From: a virus
Lineage: Duplodnaviria > Heunggongvirae > Uroviricota > Caudoviricetes
DNA: 24,228 bases
IMG/VR virus record: IMGVR_UViG_2541047889_000005
Location: 1-24,228 of that record
Strand: one strand, 5' to 3'
The first letter of the stretch is position 1. Every line of letters begins with the position of its first letter. The notes beneath the pieces were generated by a model. That model made no database searches. It was not told the origin of the DNA and saw nothing but the letters and a program-made list of their open reading frames with translations. This document shows, one piece after another, positions 8,374 to 16,432 of the stretch. The translations under genes were made by a program, and so were the position numbers.

Positions 8374-9432
8374 TTACGCTCCGGCTTCTGCTGCGGCGGC
8401 GCTGAAATCGCCAATCTGGATGTTTTCCACCAGCGCAGCGCAGCGGTAGTCCTCAACCACATAGGCTTCGTTAACAGATTCAAAGTTTTCAATCCGGTCA
8501 CGTTTCGGGTTGTCGATAACTGAACGGCGGCGGGTGTCTTCCTGCCAGTAGATGGACAGGTTATCCAGACGGGTGATCAGCAGCGCATTCGGCGGGAAGA
8601 ACGGCGCACGCACGGCCTGCAGACCGCCCATGCGTTTCTGACTGATAATCATATCGGCTGCCAGTTTTTCACTGTTTTCCTGCTCTTTGTTGACCAGCGG
8701 GAAATACTTGTCAGACAGCAGTTCACGACCGCAAATCACCACCAGATCGTCATCATCCTGGTAGACCACGTCGATAAGCTCATTGACCGCATCCATCACT
8801 ACAGCGTCCAGGTTGGCATATTCGCCACCTTTCCCGACTTTCACCGCACCCGGTGTGGTTTCGCCGCCCGTGGTGGTGCTGCCCATGACGTGATCCGGTG
8901 CATCCTCACGGATTTTCTGCAGCCAGCCTTTGTTCACATCCTGCAGCAGCGGGTTTTCACTACGGTTGGAGGTTTTCGCACGCTTCACGCCGTTAAAGCC
9001 GATCATGATGCGGTCCAGTGCCTGACGTTTCACGATGGCGTCACGGATACGCACCTGGAAATCCTGAAACTTCGCCCACAGGTCCAGCTTCGCGTAGGTC
9101 AGCACCGTGTCAAAGTTGGTCTGCTCGCATTTATATTCCACATCGACCATCAGCGTCGGATCGACAGGTTCACGCTCTTTCGCGGTGGTGTCAGTGGTTC
9201 CGGCAATGGTGCTGCCAACACCCAGCCCCAGCAACTGACCGGACTGCTCAGTCACTGGCGTGACGTTAATCAGCGTCAGGAAGGCGGCGGACTGCTGGAT
9301 CTGGTCTTCCAGCGTCTGCTGCACAGACGGCTCCACAGTGAATTTGCTGGACAGATCTTCAACTGCCACACCGTTCAGACGCGCCAGCTGCTGCAGGTAA
9401 GCGTTAAAAGCAAAGCGGGTATTCTTCTTCAT
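8374..9432 (-). CDS. N: Major capsid protein gpN
   Basis: 352 aa, position and size of the P2 gpN precursor between O and M. Confidence 0.85.
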   Translation of the reverse strand: MKKNTRFAFNAYLQQLARLNGVAVEDLSSKFTVEPSVQQTLEDQIQQSAAFLTLINVTPVTEQSGQLLGLGVGSTIAGTTDTTAKEREPVDPTLMVDVEYKCEQTNFDTVLTYAKLDLWAKFQDFQVRIRDAIVKRQALDRIMIGFNGVKRAKTSNRSENPLLQDVNKGWLQKIREDAPDHVMGSTTTGGETTPGAVKVGKGGEYANLDAVVMDAVNELIDVVYQDDDDLVVICGRELLSDKYFPLVNKEQENSEKLAADMIISQKRMGGLQAVRAPFFPPNALLITRLDNLSIYWQEDTRRRSVIDNPKRDRIENFESVNEAYVVEDYRCAALVENIQIGDFSAAAAEAGA

Positions 9433-9448
9433 CGGGTTTTGTGCTCCA

Positions 9449-10282
9449 TCAGCAATTGGTCAGAGTGTCAGCGGGGGCGTTACCGCCTGTTGCACGCTGG
9501 CGGTAGTCCTGGCGGCTGTCTTCATGACTCAGCTTGTCCACCAGTTCGTTAAAGGCGGTCTGCTGTGCCTGCAGGGCAGTCTCCAGCTCAGACAGGCGTT
9601 CTTCCTGCTCAGACAGGGATTTTTCGGTGCGTGCGCTCAGGTTCTGCTGCTCAGTGGCGACCAGCTCCACGGCCTTATGCACATCAGAGAACCGGGCGTC
9701 ATCGGACTGCTCTTTTTTGGTAAACAGCGCCGTGACGCGGGCAAACAGGGACGGTTTGTCGTCCTGGACTTCTTCCAGTTCGATCACCGTTTCCTCTGCA
9801 GCGGTAAAAAGATTGGCGGGATTCTGCTTGCGGTTTGCCAGCGGGTTATGGGCTGCACTGGCGCTGAATGTCAGCATTTCCGTACCCAGACTGGCGGGAT
9901 CATCAGTGGCAGCCAGGCCGACCAGATAGGCTTTGCCCGTATCAGCGAACTTCGGGCTGACTTCCATAGAGGTGAATAATTTCTGGCCTTTTTTCACCAG
10001 TTCCACCAGGGACTCCGTTGGCTCAACGTCGGCATACAGCGCCATCTTGCCTGCCAGCGGACCTTCCGTGATTTCTTCAGCAAACAGCGCCGTCACCTTG
10101 CCGTAGCGGTTAAAGGTGCTGTCCGGCAGATAAGACTTGATGTGCTCAAGGTTAATCAGCGCGGTATACACCGCCGGGTTGTAGCTGGCTGCCATCTGTT
10201 CCAGCCATTCACGCTGGATTTCGCGTCCGTCGGTGGTGGCACCTTCCACCCCGATGCGAAAACGCTTTGCTTTCACTGTCAT
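9449..10282 (-). CDS. O: Capsid scaffolding protein gpO
   Basis: 277 aa, acidic/coiled-coil C-terminal half, first gene of the leftward head operon divergent from P. Confidence 0.8.
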   Translation of the reverse strand: MTVKAKRFRIGVEGATTDGREIQREWLEQMAASYNPAVYTALINLEHIKSYLPDSTFNRYGKVTALFAEEITEGPLAGKMALYADVEPTESLVELVKKGQKLFTSMEVSPKFADTGKAYLVGLAATDDPASLGTEMLTFSASAAHNPLANRKQNPANLFTAAEETVIELEEVQDDKPSLFARVTALFTKKEQSDDARFSDVHKAVELVATEQQNLSARTEKSLSEQEERLSELETALQAQQTAFNELVDKLSHEDSRQDYRQRATGGNAPADTLTNC

Positions 10283-10360
10283 GAGCCGTGCTCCGTTAGA
10301 AAAAACTTACTGGAGCCTTATGGTTGCGGTGATAGGGGCAGTGAAACAATGCGCGGTATT

Positions 10361-10380
10361 TGTACCGACAACCACACAAA
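10361..10380. promoter_or_regulatory. Candidate late-promoter activator site in the O/P divergent intergenic region (TGT-N12-ACA)
   Basis: tgtaccgacaaccacacaaa; P2-family late promoters carry a TGT-N12-ACA dyad bound by Ogr/B-type zinc-finger activators; the same extended motif recurs at 3535-3555. Confidence 0.4.
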
Positions 10381-10424
10381 CCGCAGGCGGGGAAAGCCTT
10401 CATTCAAGGCTGTAGGTTTGTGCC

Positions 10425-12191
10425 ATGAACACCACACTGACACCCGCAGATCTCGATCCCCGTCGGCAGGCCATGCTGCTGTACTTTCAGGGATACCGCG
10501 TCGCCCGCATTGCTGAAATGCTGGGCGAGAAAGTTGCAACCGTTCACAGCTGGAAAAAACGCGACAAGTGGGGTGACTATGGGCCGCTGGATCAGATGCA
10601 GCTCACCACCGCCGCACGCTACTGCCAGCTCATTATGAAGGAGCACAAAGAAGGGAAAGATTTCAAAGAGATTGACCTGCTGGCGCGCCAGTCGGAGCGC
10701 CACGCGCGGATCGGCAAGTTTAACAATGGCGGCAACGAAGCCGACTTAAACCCTAACGTCGCCAACCGCAACAAAGGCCCACGCCGTCAGCCGGAAAAGA
10801 ATGTTTTCACCGATGAGCAGATTGAGAAGCTGGAAGAAATCTTCCATTCCTCCATGTTCAACTACCAGCGCCACTGGTGGGAAGCCGGAAAAACCAACCG
10901 CATCCGCAACCTGCTGAAGTCACGCCAGATCGGCGCGACCTTTTACTTTGCCCGTGAAGCCCTGATTGACGCTCTGCTTACCGGACGTAACCAGATTTTC
11001 CTTTCTGCCAGTAAGGCACAGGCCCACGTCTTCAAACAGTACATCATCGACTTTGCCAAAGAAGTGGAGGTGGAGCTGAAAGGCGATCCGATGGTGCTTC
11101 CCAACGGGGCCACACTGTATTTCCTCGGAACCAATGCCCGCACGGCCCAGAGTTACCACGGCAACCTGTATCTGGATGAATATTTCTGGATACCGAAATT
11201 CCAGGAGCTGCGCAAAGTGGCTTCCGGTATGGCTATTCACAAAAAATGGCGACAAACCTATTTTTCCACGCCATCCAGCCTGACCCACAGTGCTTATCCG
11301 TTCTGGTCCGGTGCGCTGTTCAACCGTGGACGCAACAAAGCTGACAAGGTGGACATCGACCTGTCCCACAGCAATCTGGCCCCCGGCCTGCTGTGCGCAG
11401 ACGGGCAATACCGCCAGATAGTCACCGTGGAAGATGCGGTGCGCGGCGGCTGTAACCTGTTCGACCTCGACCAGCTACGCATGGAGTACAGCCCGGACGA
11501 ATACCAGAACCTGCTGATGTGCGAGTTCGTGGACGATCTCGCGTCCGTGTTCCCGCTCAGCGAACTGCAGGCGTGCATGGTGGACAGTTGGGAAGTCTGG
11601 ACCGACTTTCATGCACTGGCCCTGCGCCCGTTTGGCTGGCGCGAGGTGTGGATCGGTTATGACCCGGCAAAAGGTACGCAGAACGGCGACAGCGCCGGAT
11701 GCGTGGTGGTGGCACCACCAGCCGTGCCAGGCGGTAAGTTTCGCATTCTTGAGCGTCACCAGTGGCGCGGGATGGACTTCCGCGCCCAGGCGGACGCCAT
11801 CAAAAAACTGACCGAACAGTACAACGTGACCTATATCGGCATCGACTCGACAGGTGTCGGTCACGGGGTTTACGAGAACGTGAAAGCGTTTTTTCCAGCC
11901 GTCCGGGAGTTTGTCTACAACCCCAACGTTAAAAACGCCCTGGTACTCAAGGCCTACGACATTATCAGCCACCGCCGTCTGGAGTTTGACGCCGGACACA
12001 CCGACATAGCGCAGTCATTTATGGCAATCCGTCGCGCCACCACCGCCAGCGGCAACCGCCCGACCTATGAAGCCAGCCGCAGCGAAGAAGCCAGCCACGC
12101 CGATCTGGCCTGGGCAACGATGCACGCTCTGTTTAACGAACCGCTGCAGGGCGAATCCGCCAATACCAGCAATATTGTGGAGATTTTTTGA
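10425..12191 (+). CDS. P: Terminase large (ATPase) subunit gpP
   Basis: 588 aa; N-terminal MNTTLTPADLDPRRQAMLLYFQGYRVARIAEMLG... and overall size typical of P2 gpP; divergent from O. Confidence 0.85.
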   Translation: MNTTLTPADLDPRRQAMLLYFQGYRVARIAEMLGEKVATVHSWKKRDKWGDYGPLDQMQLTTAARYCQLIMKEHKEGKDFKEIDLLARQSERHARIGKFNNGGNEADLNPNVANRNKGPRRQPEKNVFTDEQIEKLEEIFHSSMFNYQRHWWEAGKTNRIRNLLKSRQIGATFYFAREALIDALLTGRNQIFLSASKAQAHVFKQYIIDFAKEVEVELKGDPMVLPNGATLYFLGTNARTAQSYHGNLYLDEYFWIPKFQELRKVASGMAIHKKWRQTYFSTPSSLTHSAYPFWSGALFNRGRNKADKVDIDLSHSNLAPGLLCADGQYRQIVTVEDAVRGGCNLFDLDQLRMEYSPDEYQNLLMCEFVDDLASVFPLSELQACMVDSWEVWTDFHALALRPFGWREVWIGYDPAKGTQNGDSAGCVVVAPPAVPGGKFRILERHQWRGMDFRAQADAIKKLTEQYNVTYIGIDSTGVGHGVYENVKAFFPAVREFVYNPNVKNALVLKAYDIISHRRLEFDAGHTDIAQSFMAIRRATTASGNRPTYEASRSEEASHADLAWATMHALFNEPLQGESANTSNIVEIF

Positions 12192-13213
12192 TGAAAGAAC
12201 ATATCGCGCCAGACGAAACCGTAACTGCAGAAGAAACTAAAAAATCCGTTGCGGAGGCTTTCAGCTTTGGTGATCCCATTCCTGTACTGGACCGCCGCGA
12301 ACTGCTGGACTATGTGGAATGCGTACAGATGGATCGCTGGTATGAGCCGCCCGTCAGCTTTGACGGACTGGCGCGCACCTTCCGCGCCGCCGTGCACCAC
12401 AGCTCCCCGATCAGTGTTAAGCGTGACATTATCAGCAGTACCTATATTCCACATCGCCTTCTCAGCCAGCAGGCATTTACCCGTTTTGTGCAGGACTATC
12501 TGGTTTTTGGTAACGCCTACCTGGAGAAACGCACGAACCGCTTTGGTGAAGTTATTTCGCTGGAACCTGCACTGGCAAAATACACCCGGCGCGGACTTGA
12601 CCTTGAAACATACTGGTTTGTGCAATACAGCCTGACGACACAGCCGTATCAGTTCACAAAAGGTAATGTCTTCCACCTGATGGAGCCGGATATCAACCAG
12701 GAGATTTATGGTCTGCCGGGTTACCTTTCTGCCATTCCGTCAGCTCTGCTCAACGAATCCGCCACGCTGTTCCGCCGCAAGTATTACATCAACGGCAGTC
12801 ATGCAGGCTTCATCATGTACATGACCGACGCCGCGCAGAACCAGGAGGATGTAAACAACCTCCGTAACGCGATGAAAAGCGCCAAAGGTCCAGGCAACTT
12901 CCGTAATCTGTTTATGTACTCGCCTAACGGCAAAAAAGACGGGCTTCAGATTATCCCGTTATCAGAAGTCGCAGCGAAGGATGAGTTTCTGAATATCAAG
13001 AACGTGAGCCGGGACGACATGATGGCAGCACACCGAGTGCCGCCGCAAATGATGGGGATTATGCCGAATAATGTTGGTGGATTTGGGGATGTGGAGAAAG
13101 CGAGTAAAGTTTTTGTGAGAAATGAACTGATCCCGCTGCAGAAGAGATTATTCGAGATAAATGTATGGCTAGGAGAAAATGTCATTACTTTCCAGCCATA
13201 CAACTTAGATTAA
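12191..13213 (+). CDS. Q: Portal protein gpQ
   Basis: ORF 12188..13213; ATG at 12191 overlaps the P stop (TGATG); about 340 aa as in P2 gpQ. Confidence 0.85.
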   Translation: MKEHIAPDETVTAEETKKSVAEAFSFGDPIPVLDRRELLDYVECVQMDRWYEPPVSFDGLARTFRAAVHHSSPISVKRDIISSTYIPHRLLSQQAFTRFVQDYLVFGNAYLEKRTNRFGEVISLEPALAKYTRRGLDLETYWFVQYSLTTQPYQFTKGNVFHLMEPDINQEIYGLPGYLSAIPSALLNESATLFRRKYYINGSHAGFIMYMTDAAQNQEDVNNLRNAMKSAKGPGNFRNLFMYSPNGKKDGLQIIPLSEVAAKDEFLNIKNVSRDDMMAAHRVPPQMMGIMPNNVGGFGDVEKASKVFVRNELIPLQKRLFEINVWLGENVITFQPYNLD

Positions 13214-13217
13214 TACT

Positions 13218-13249
13218 ATTACAGACACTTTCGTGAAAGTGTCTGTAAT
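13218..13249. terminator. Perfect 15-bp-stem inverted repeat between convergent Q and RelA/SpoT-like gene (putative bidirectional terminator)
   Basis: attacagacactttc-gt-gaaagtgtctgtaat, flanked by an A6 run on plus (U-run on the minus transcript). Confidence 0.55.
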
Positions 13250-13261
13250 CAAAAAATGAAA

Positions 13262-14266
13262 TTATTCTTCTGAATCATCATAAACATCCATTCCTTCGGT
13301 CTGATTTCTAATATAAGAAGTCCCCATAGAATTAGCAATCGCAGTCCGAATTAACCCTACATGAGTGAAAAACACCCCTAACCTAGCACGCTTTAACTCA
13401 GACTCATCATCATAGTCATCTTCATTACTTATAATTCTTCTAACCATTGCCTTATCTTCGTCAATAGCCGAAGGTAGCCCACTCTTTAAAGCGTCAATAC
13501 ACTCACCTACAGTTATAATTTTATTTTTAATTAATTCAGAAAGCAAATCATCATAATTTTCATCATCAGATTTATTATCAGGTGGTAATTCACTTGCAGC
13601 TATCATTTTCAGCAATTCTACGTCAAGCATAGTTCCTCTATCTAGTCTGCTTGTCTCAACATACCCCTCACGCTCTGATAACACTCTTTCAAATTCGAAA
13701 TCAACGACTTCAAGCAAAGCAGATACTCTATTAATTGCTCGCCTAAGAGGAAGTGGAACACTTTGCTCTTTTTTGTATTGCAGTTTATGAGATGCTGCAG
13801 CCCAAATATGCTGAGAAAGCGTTCGTATTTGCACCTCCACTTTCATATTTTTAAAATCACTAAAGGATGGAACTCTTAGCCATTCTTCTGGAGGTTGTAT
13901 TACATAATGATGAGATTGGTACCCAAATCTATCCTCATCCAGTTCATCAAGTTTATTCTCTTGCTTCAAAATAATGAAATGTTCTTTCAGACAAGATATA
14001 ACCTTTTCAACATCTCGCTTAAATAGCATTATTAATCGGATTCCAACATAATCATCCAAGTCAACTATTGACTCAATCTTTAGAGGTTTTCGGTTATCCT
14101 TATTAATAATAGAACTTAATGTTTTGACACGGCTTTCAATTGGAACCCCTAAAGACAATTTATTCTCCGACAAAATAACATCAATTTGCTCAACCATAAC
14201 TCGTCTGAACAATTCCGCAACTGAGCCGTAAATTGAATGCTGTTCTTTTAATTCTTCGTCTGTCAT
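13262..14266 (-). CDS. RelA/SpoT-fold nucleotidyltransferase (small alarmone synthetase-like; candidate toxSAS/CapRel-like fused toxin-antitoxin)
   Basis: 334 aa; synthetase-fold motifs ESRVKTLSSIINK, DYVGIRLIMLF, FGYQSHHYVI, EVQIRTLSQHIWAAASHKLQYK; about 130-aa acidic C-terminal extension; AT-rich; lies between portal gene and cos. Confidence 0.7.
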   Translation of the reverse strand: MTDEELKEQHSIYGSVAELFRRVMVEQIDVILSENKLSLGVPIESRVKTLSSIINKDNRKPLKIESIVDLDDYVGIRLIMLFKRDVEKVISCLKEHFIILKQENKLDELDEDRFGYQSHHYVIQPPEEWLRVPSFSDFKNMKVEVQIRTLSQHIWAAASHKLQYKKEQSVPLPLRRAINRVSALLEVVDFEFERVLSEREGYVETSRLDRGTMLDVELLKMIAASELPPDNKSDDENYDDLLSELIKNKIITVGECIDALKSGLPSAIDEDKAMVRRIISNEDDYDDESELKRARLGVFFTHVGLIRTAIANSMGTSYIRNQTEGMDVYDDSEE

Positions 14267-14383
14267 CTATCTTACCTAACTTATATAAATGAATCAGATA
14301 TAAAACATTGCATAATTTTAATTCAAGTGGACAACATATAAATTATCCGATCTAAACCACTTAAACAACAGGTTTTGCGCGCG

Positions 14384-14402
14384 CTCGTATCCCCGCCACG
14401 CC
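14384..14402 (-). other. cos-like cohesive-end site (P2/186 type)
   Basis: Minus-strand GGCGTGGCGGGGATACGAG; the first 13 nt match my recollection of the P2/186 19-nt cos core (GGCG[A/T]GGCGGGGA...); located next to the portal gene as expected. Confidence 0.5.
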
Positions 14403-14451
14403 TGCCCGCTTTATGTAGTAGTTTTCATGCAGGTGCATGATCTACGCGAAA

Positions 14452-14471
14452 GCCCGCCAGTTCTGGCGGGC
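14452..14471 (-). terminator. GC-rich hairpin downstream of the membrane-protein gene (putative terminator)
   Basis: gcccgccag-tt-ctggcgggc; followed on the minus transcript by UUUCGCG. Confidence 0.4.
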
Positions 14472-14519
14472 CCTAGCAAAAACGATCCTCAAACGATCAT
14501 GCGATCTCATGCAGCATAG

Positions 14520-15362
14520 TCATGCACGATCATTTGACTCAGCATCTGCTGCACGCTTGCTGCGCGAAGATGCACTTTTACTATCAATCTTTCGACAGTT
14601 CTTTCTATCCCTGGCTTCATTTTCTTTAAATTTGTTATATGTCTCAGTATCAAAAAACGAAATTGTTTCAACCTCATCTTTTGGTATGAGCACACGGAAA
14701 TCTTCGATATTAAGCCGAGACATTCCACTTATCACACCACTATCAAGATAATGTTGGTGATAGTTAGTCGTGATACTAATCGTTAGATCATCTTTATCCC
14801 GATATCCGCTTAACATCGGGAGAAGTTCAAGGTGCTCTGAAAGCCCGTTTTCTAACGCCGGACAAGTAACAAGACCAACATAGATTTTGCGAGACGACAG
14901 AGTTGCTATGATCGGAAACTGTCTTGCGGACGCTTCCATGAGTAATGATTCGAAAGCGTTATTACCCACAGCTTTAGCTAAGGCATCCCAGCGACGATCT
15001 CCACGTGATGTGCGTAACTTATTTCCAAAACCTGAAATCGCAGCGAGGACAATTGAAATCATAACCCATGCTATCTGTTTGATTTCATTTATTCTTTGAA
15101 GTTTGTCTTTCGATGAAGACAACATGCCATTAAAACTGTCAGGTGTTAGATTCAAGGCATTAGCCAGCCAACGAAACCCTCCGCTGACGTTCAAAATAAA
15201 GGTGAAAAAACCGCCAAGGAGAAAAAAAACGATACCCCAGGCAGCCACAAAAAAATAAGCGTCCCAGCCGTTGGAACGCTTATATCGGTATCTTGTTGAA
15301 AGTGATAGGTTTACATAAATAAAACCACTAACCAAAATCACTGCTAAAAGTAATGTTGCCAT
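14520..15362 (-). CDS. Hypothetical membrane protein: three N-terminal TM helices plus about 165-aa cytoplasmic domain
   Basis: 280 aa; hydrophobic segments ATLLLAVILVSGFIYV, AYFFVAAWGIVFFLLGGFFTFIL, IAWVMISIVLAAISGF; start overlaps the stop of the upstream 71-aa gene (TAATG). Confidence 0.65.
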   Translation of the reverse strand: MATLLLAVILVSGFIYVNLSLSTRYRYKRSNGWDAYFFVAAWGIVFFLLGGFFTFILNVSGGFRWLANALNLTPDSFNGMLSSSKDKLQRINEIKQIAWVMISIVLAAISGFGNKLRTSRGDRRWDALAKAVGNNAFESLLMEASARQFPIIATLSSRKIYVGLVTCPALENGLSEHLELLPMLSGYRDKDDLTISITTNYHQHYLDSGVISGMSRLNIEDFRVLIPKDEVETISFFDTETYNKFKENEARDRKNCRKIDSKSASSRSKRAADAESNDRA

Positions 15363-15577
15363 TATCTGGTTCTATTAGTTTTCTCTTTTACAGTGCTCGT
15401 TTTGATGCCTTCAAGCTTATCCATCTGTGCCTTGATGGCATCCATTGCTCTTTTGTTAGACAAGTCTACGGACACAAAACCATCTTTACTAAGATTGAGT
15501 TTGTCCTGGTTCTCTTTAAGAACCCTTGCCAGACGTTCAACTGGGTTACCCAGGCTAAATGCGGCGATGCTTGACAT
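15362..15577 (-). CDS. Hypothetical small protein (71 aa), translationally coupled to the downstream membrane protein
   Basis: ATG preceded by a strong GGGGGAG RBS; charged and soluble; 270-bp AT-rich intergenic region upstream. Confidence 0.6.
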   Translation of the reverse strand: MSSIAAFSLGNPVERLARVLKENQDKLNLSKDGFVSVDLSNKRAMDAIKAQMDKLEGIKTSTVKEKTNRTR

Positions 15578-15847
15578 AACTCCCCCTTTTCACATGGCGC
15601 GGAAGTCTACACTCCGACGCCTACAACCTCAACAGATTATCTTTAAAATTTAGACAACAATATCATCTGTTGATTGCGTTACTTAAACTTAAGTTCAATG
15701 CGCTCGATCATGCAAGCTGTTTCTTAAGAACTGTTAATTTCCTGGCATATATAGTGGTTAAGGTAACAAATTGACACTAACGCCTCGCATAGCTCGTTGT
15801 TCAACCTTGCTGACGCCAGAAGCAAGTTCAGACGCCAGCAACGTTTC

Positions 15848-16081
15848 TTAATGCAGCCAGCTGTCGTCTTCCCACACCTTCTGCATAATTTTCATCACTT
15901 GTTTTCTTTCTTCGTCCAGTTGCAATCCGGTCAGTTCCACACCGTTAGAGCTACCTTTGCGGATACGAATTACCATTTTGGGATACAGAGGACGCAGATT
16001 GCGGTAAAGCTCGGATTCAAGGGCGTCCAGGGTAGACTGGCTAATCTTCTGCTCTTTATCGATCATTATTTCAATGCGCAT
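15848..16081 (-). CDS. DinI-family protein (SOS operon; Tum/DinI-like)
   Basis: 77 aa MRIEIMIDKEQKISQSTLDALESELYRNL...EERKQVMKIMQKVWEDDSW aligns along its length with E. coli DinI. Confidence 0.75.
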   Translation of the reverse strand: MRIEIMIDKEQKISQSTLDALESELYRNLRPLYPKMVIRIRKGSSNGVELTGLQLDEERKQVMKIMQKVWEDDSWLH

Positions 16082-16092
16082 AAAAAGTCACC

Positions 16093-16281
16093 TCAACTGA
16101 TGACATCCATTGAGCGGTTGTATTCGTGGGTTCTGATTTTTGCCATGAGTTCATCTGTTAGTTCAGAAACCCACTGCAAAGCCAGCCCCTTCTCTTCATC
16201 ACTACACTCACTAGCCGCTACAAGCTTAAGAAAAAAATCAATGCGCTGGAGCTTCAAAGACTCCAAAAAATAGTCCTGCAT
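16093..16281 (-). CDS. Hypothetical small protein (62 aa), first gene of the LexA-box operon
   Basis: GGAGGA RBS; stop is followed 11 nt later by the DinI-like start with its own GAGGTG RBS. Confidence 0.55.
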   Translation of the reverse strand: MQDYFLESLKLQRIDFFLKLVAASECSDEEKGLALQWVSELTDELMAKIRTHEYNRSMDVIS

Positions 16282-16321
16282 CTTTCCTCCTATGACACCA
16301 AAGCAATACTGTAAATATAAC

Positions 16322-16341
16322 CACTGTTTATATTTACAGTA
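16322..16341. promoter_or_regulatory. LexA operator (SOS box) inside a 13-bp-arm inverted repeat, upstream of the 62-aa/DinI-like operon
   Basis: cactgtttatatttacagta = CTGT-N8-ACAG with AT-rich spacer; part of the larger palindrome TACTGTAAATATA...TATATTTACAGTA (16307-16341). Confidence 0.7.
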
Positions 16342-16432
16342 TATAATAATCTTACTGATGTAAAACGTTTTTTACGTTCATCAGCCTGATATGCCTGGTA
16401 TTATTAAGAGCACGAATTGTTAACCCGCGTAA

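Noticed and set aside
8041-10516. Plus-strand ORFs overlapping M, N and O (e.g. 8041..8523, 8890..9552, 9524..9979, 10142..10516)
   Set aside because: Antisense to conserved head genes; compositionally biased translations.
10920-11999. Minus-strand ORFs (162, 94 and 174 aa) inside the terminase large subunit gene
   Set aside because: Fully contained in the well-supported plus-strand P gene; no RBS or independent homology; shadow ORFs.
14437-14751. Plus-strand 104-aa ORF spanning the cos-proximal repeat cluster
   Set aside because: Overlaps the 3' end of the minus-strand membrane-protein gene and the repeat cluster; no RBS; the minus-strand gene has coupling and RBS support.
16093-16281. Possibility that the 62-aa ORF and the DinI-like ORF are one frameshifted tum gene
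   Set aside because: The 11-nt gap carries a proper stop followed by a GAGGTG RBS and ATG, so two intact coupled genes is the simpler reading; left as an open question in the findings.
16365-16374. Palindrome AAAACGTTTT downstream of gene A as a terminator
   Set aside because: Too short and loop-less to form a stable terminator hairpin.
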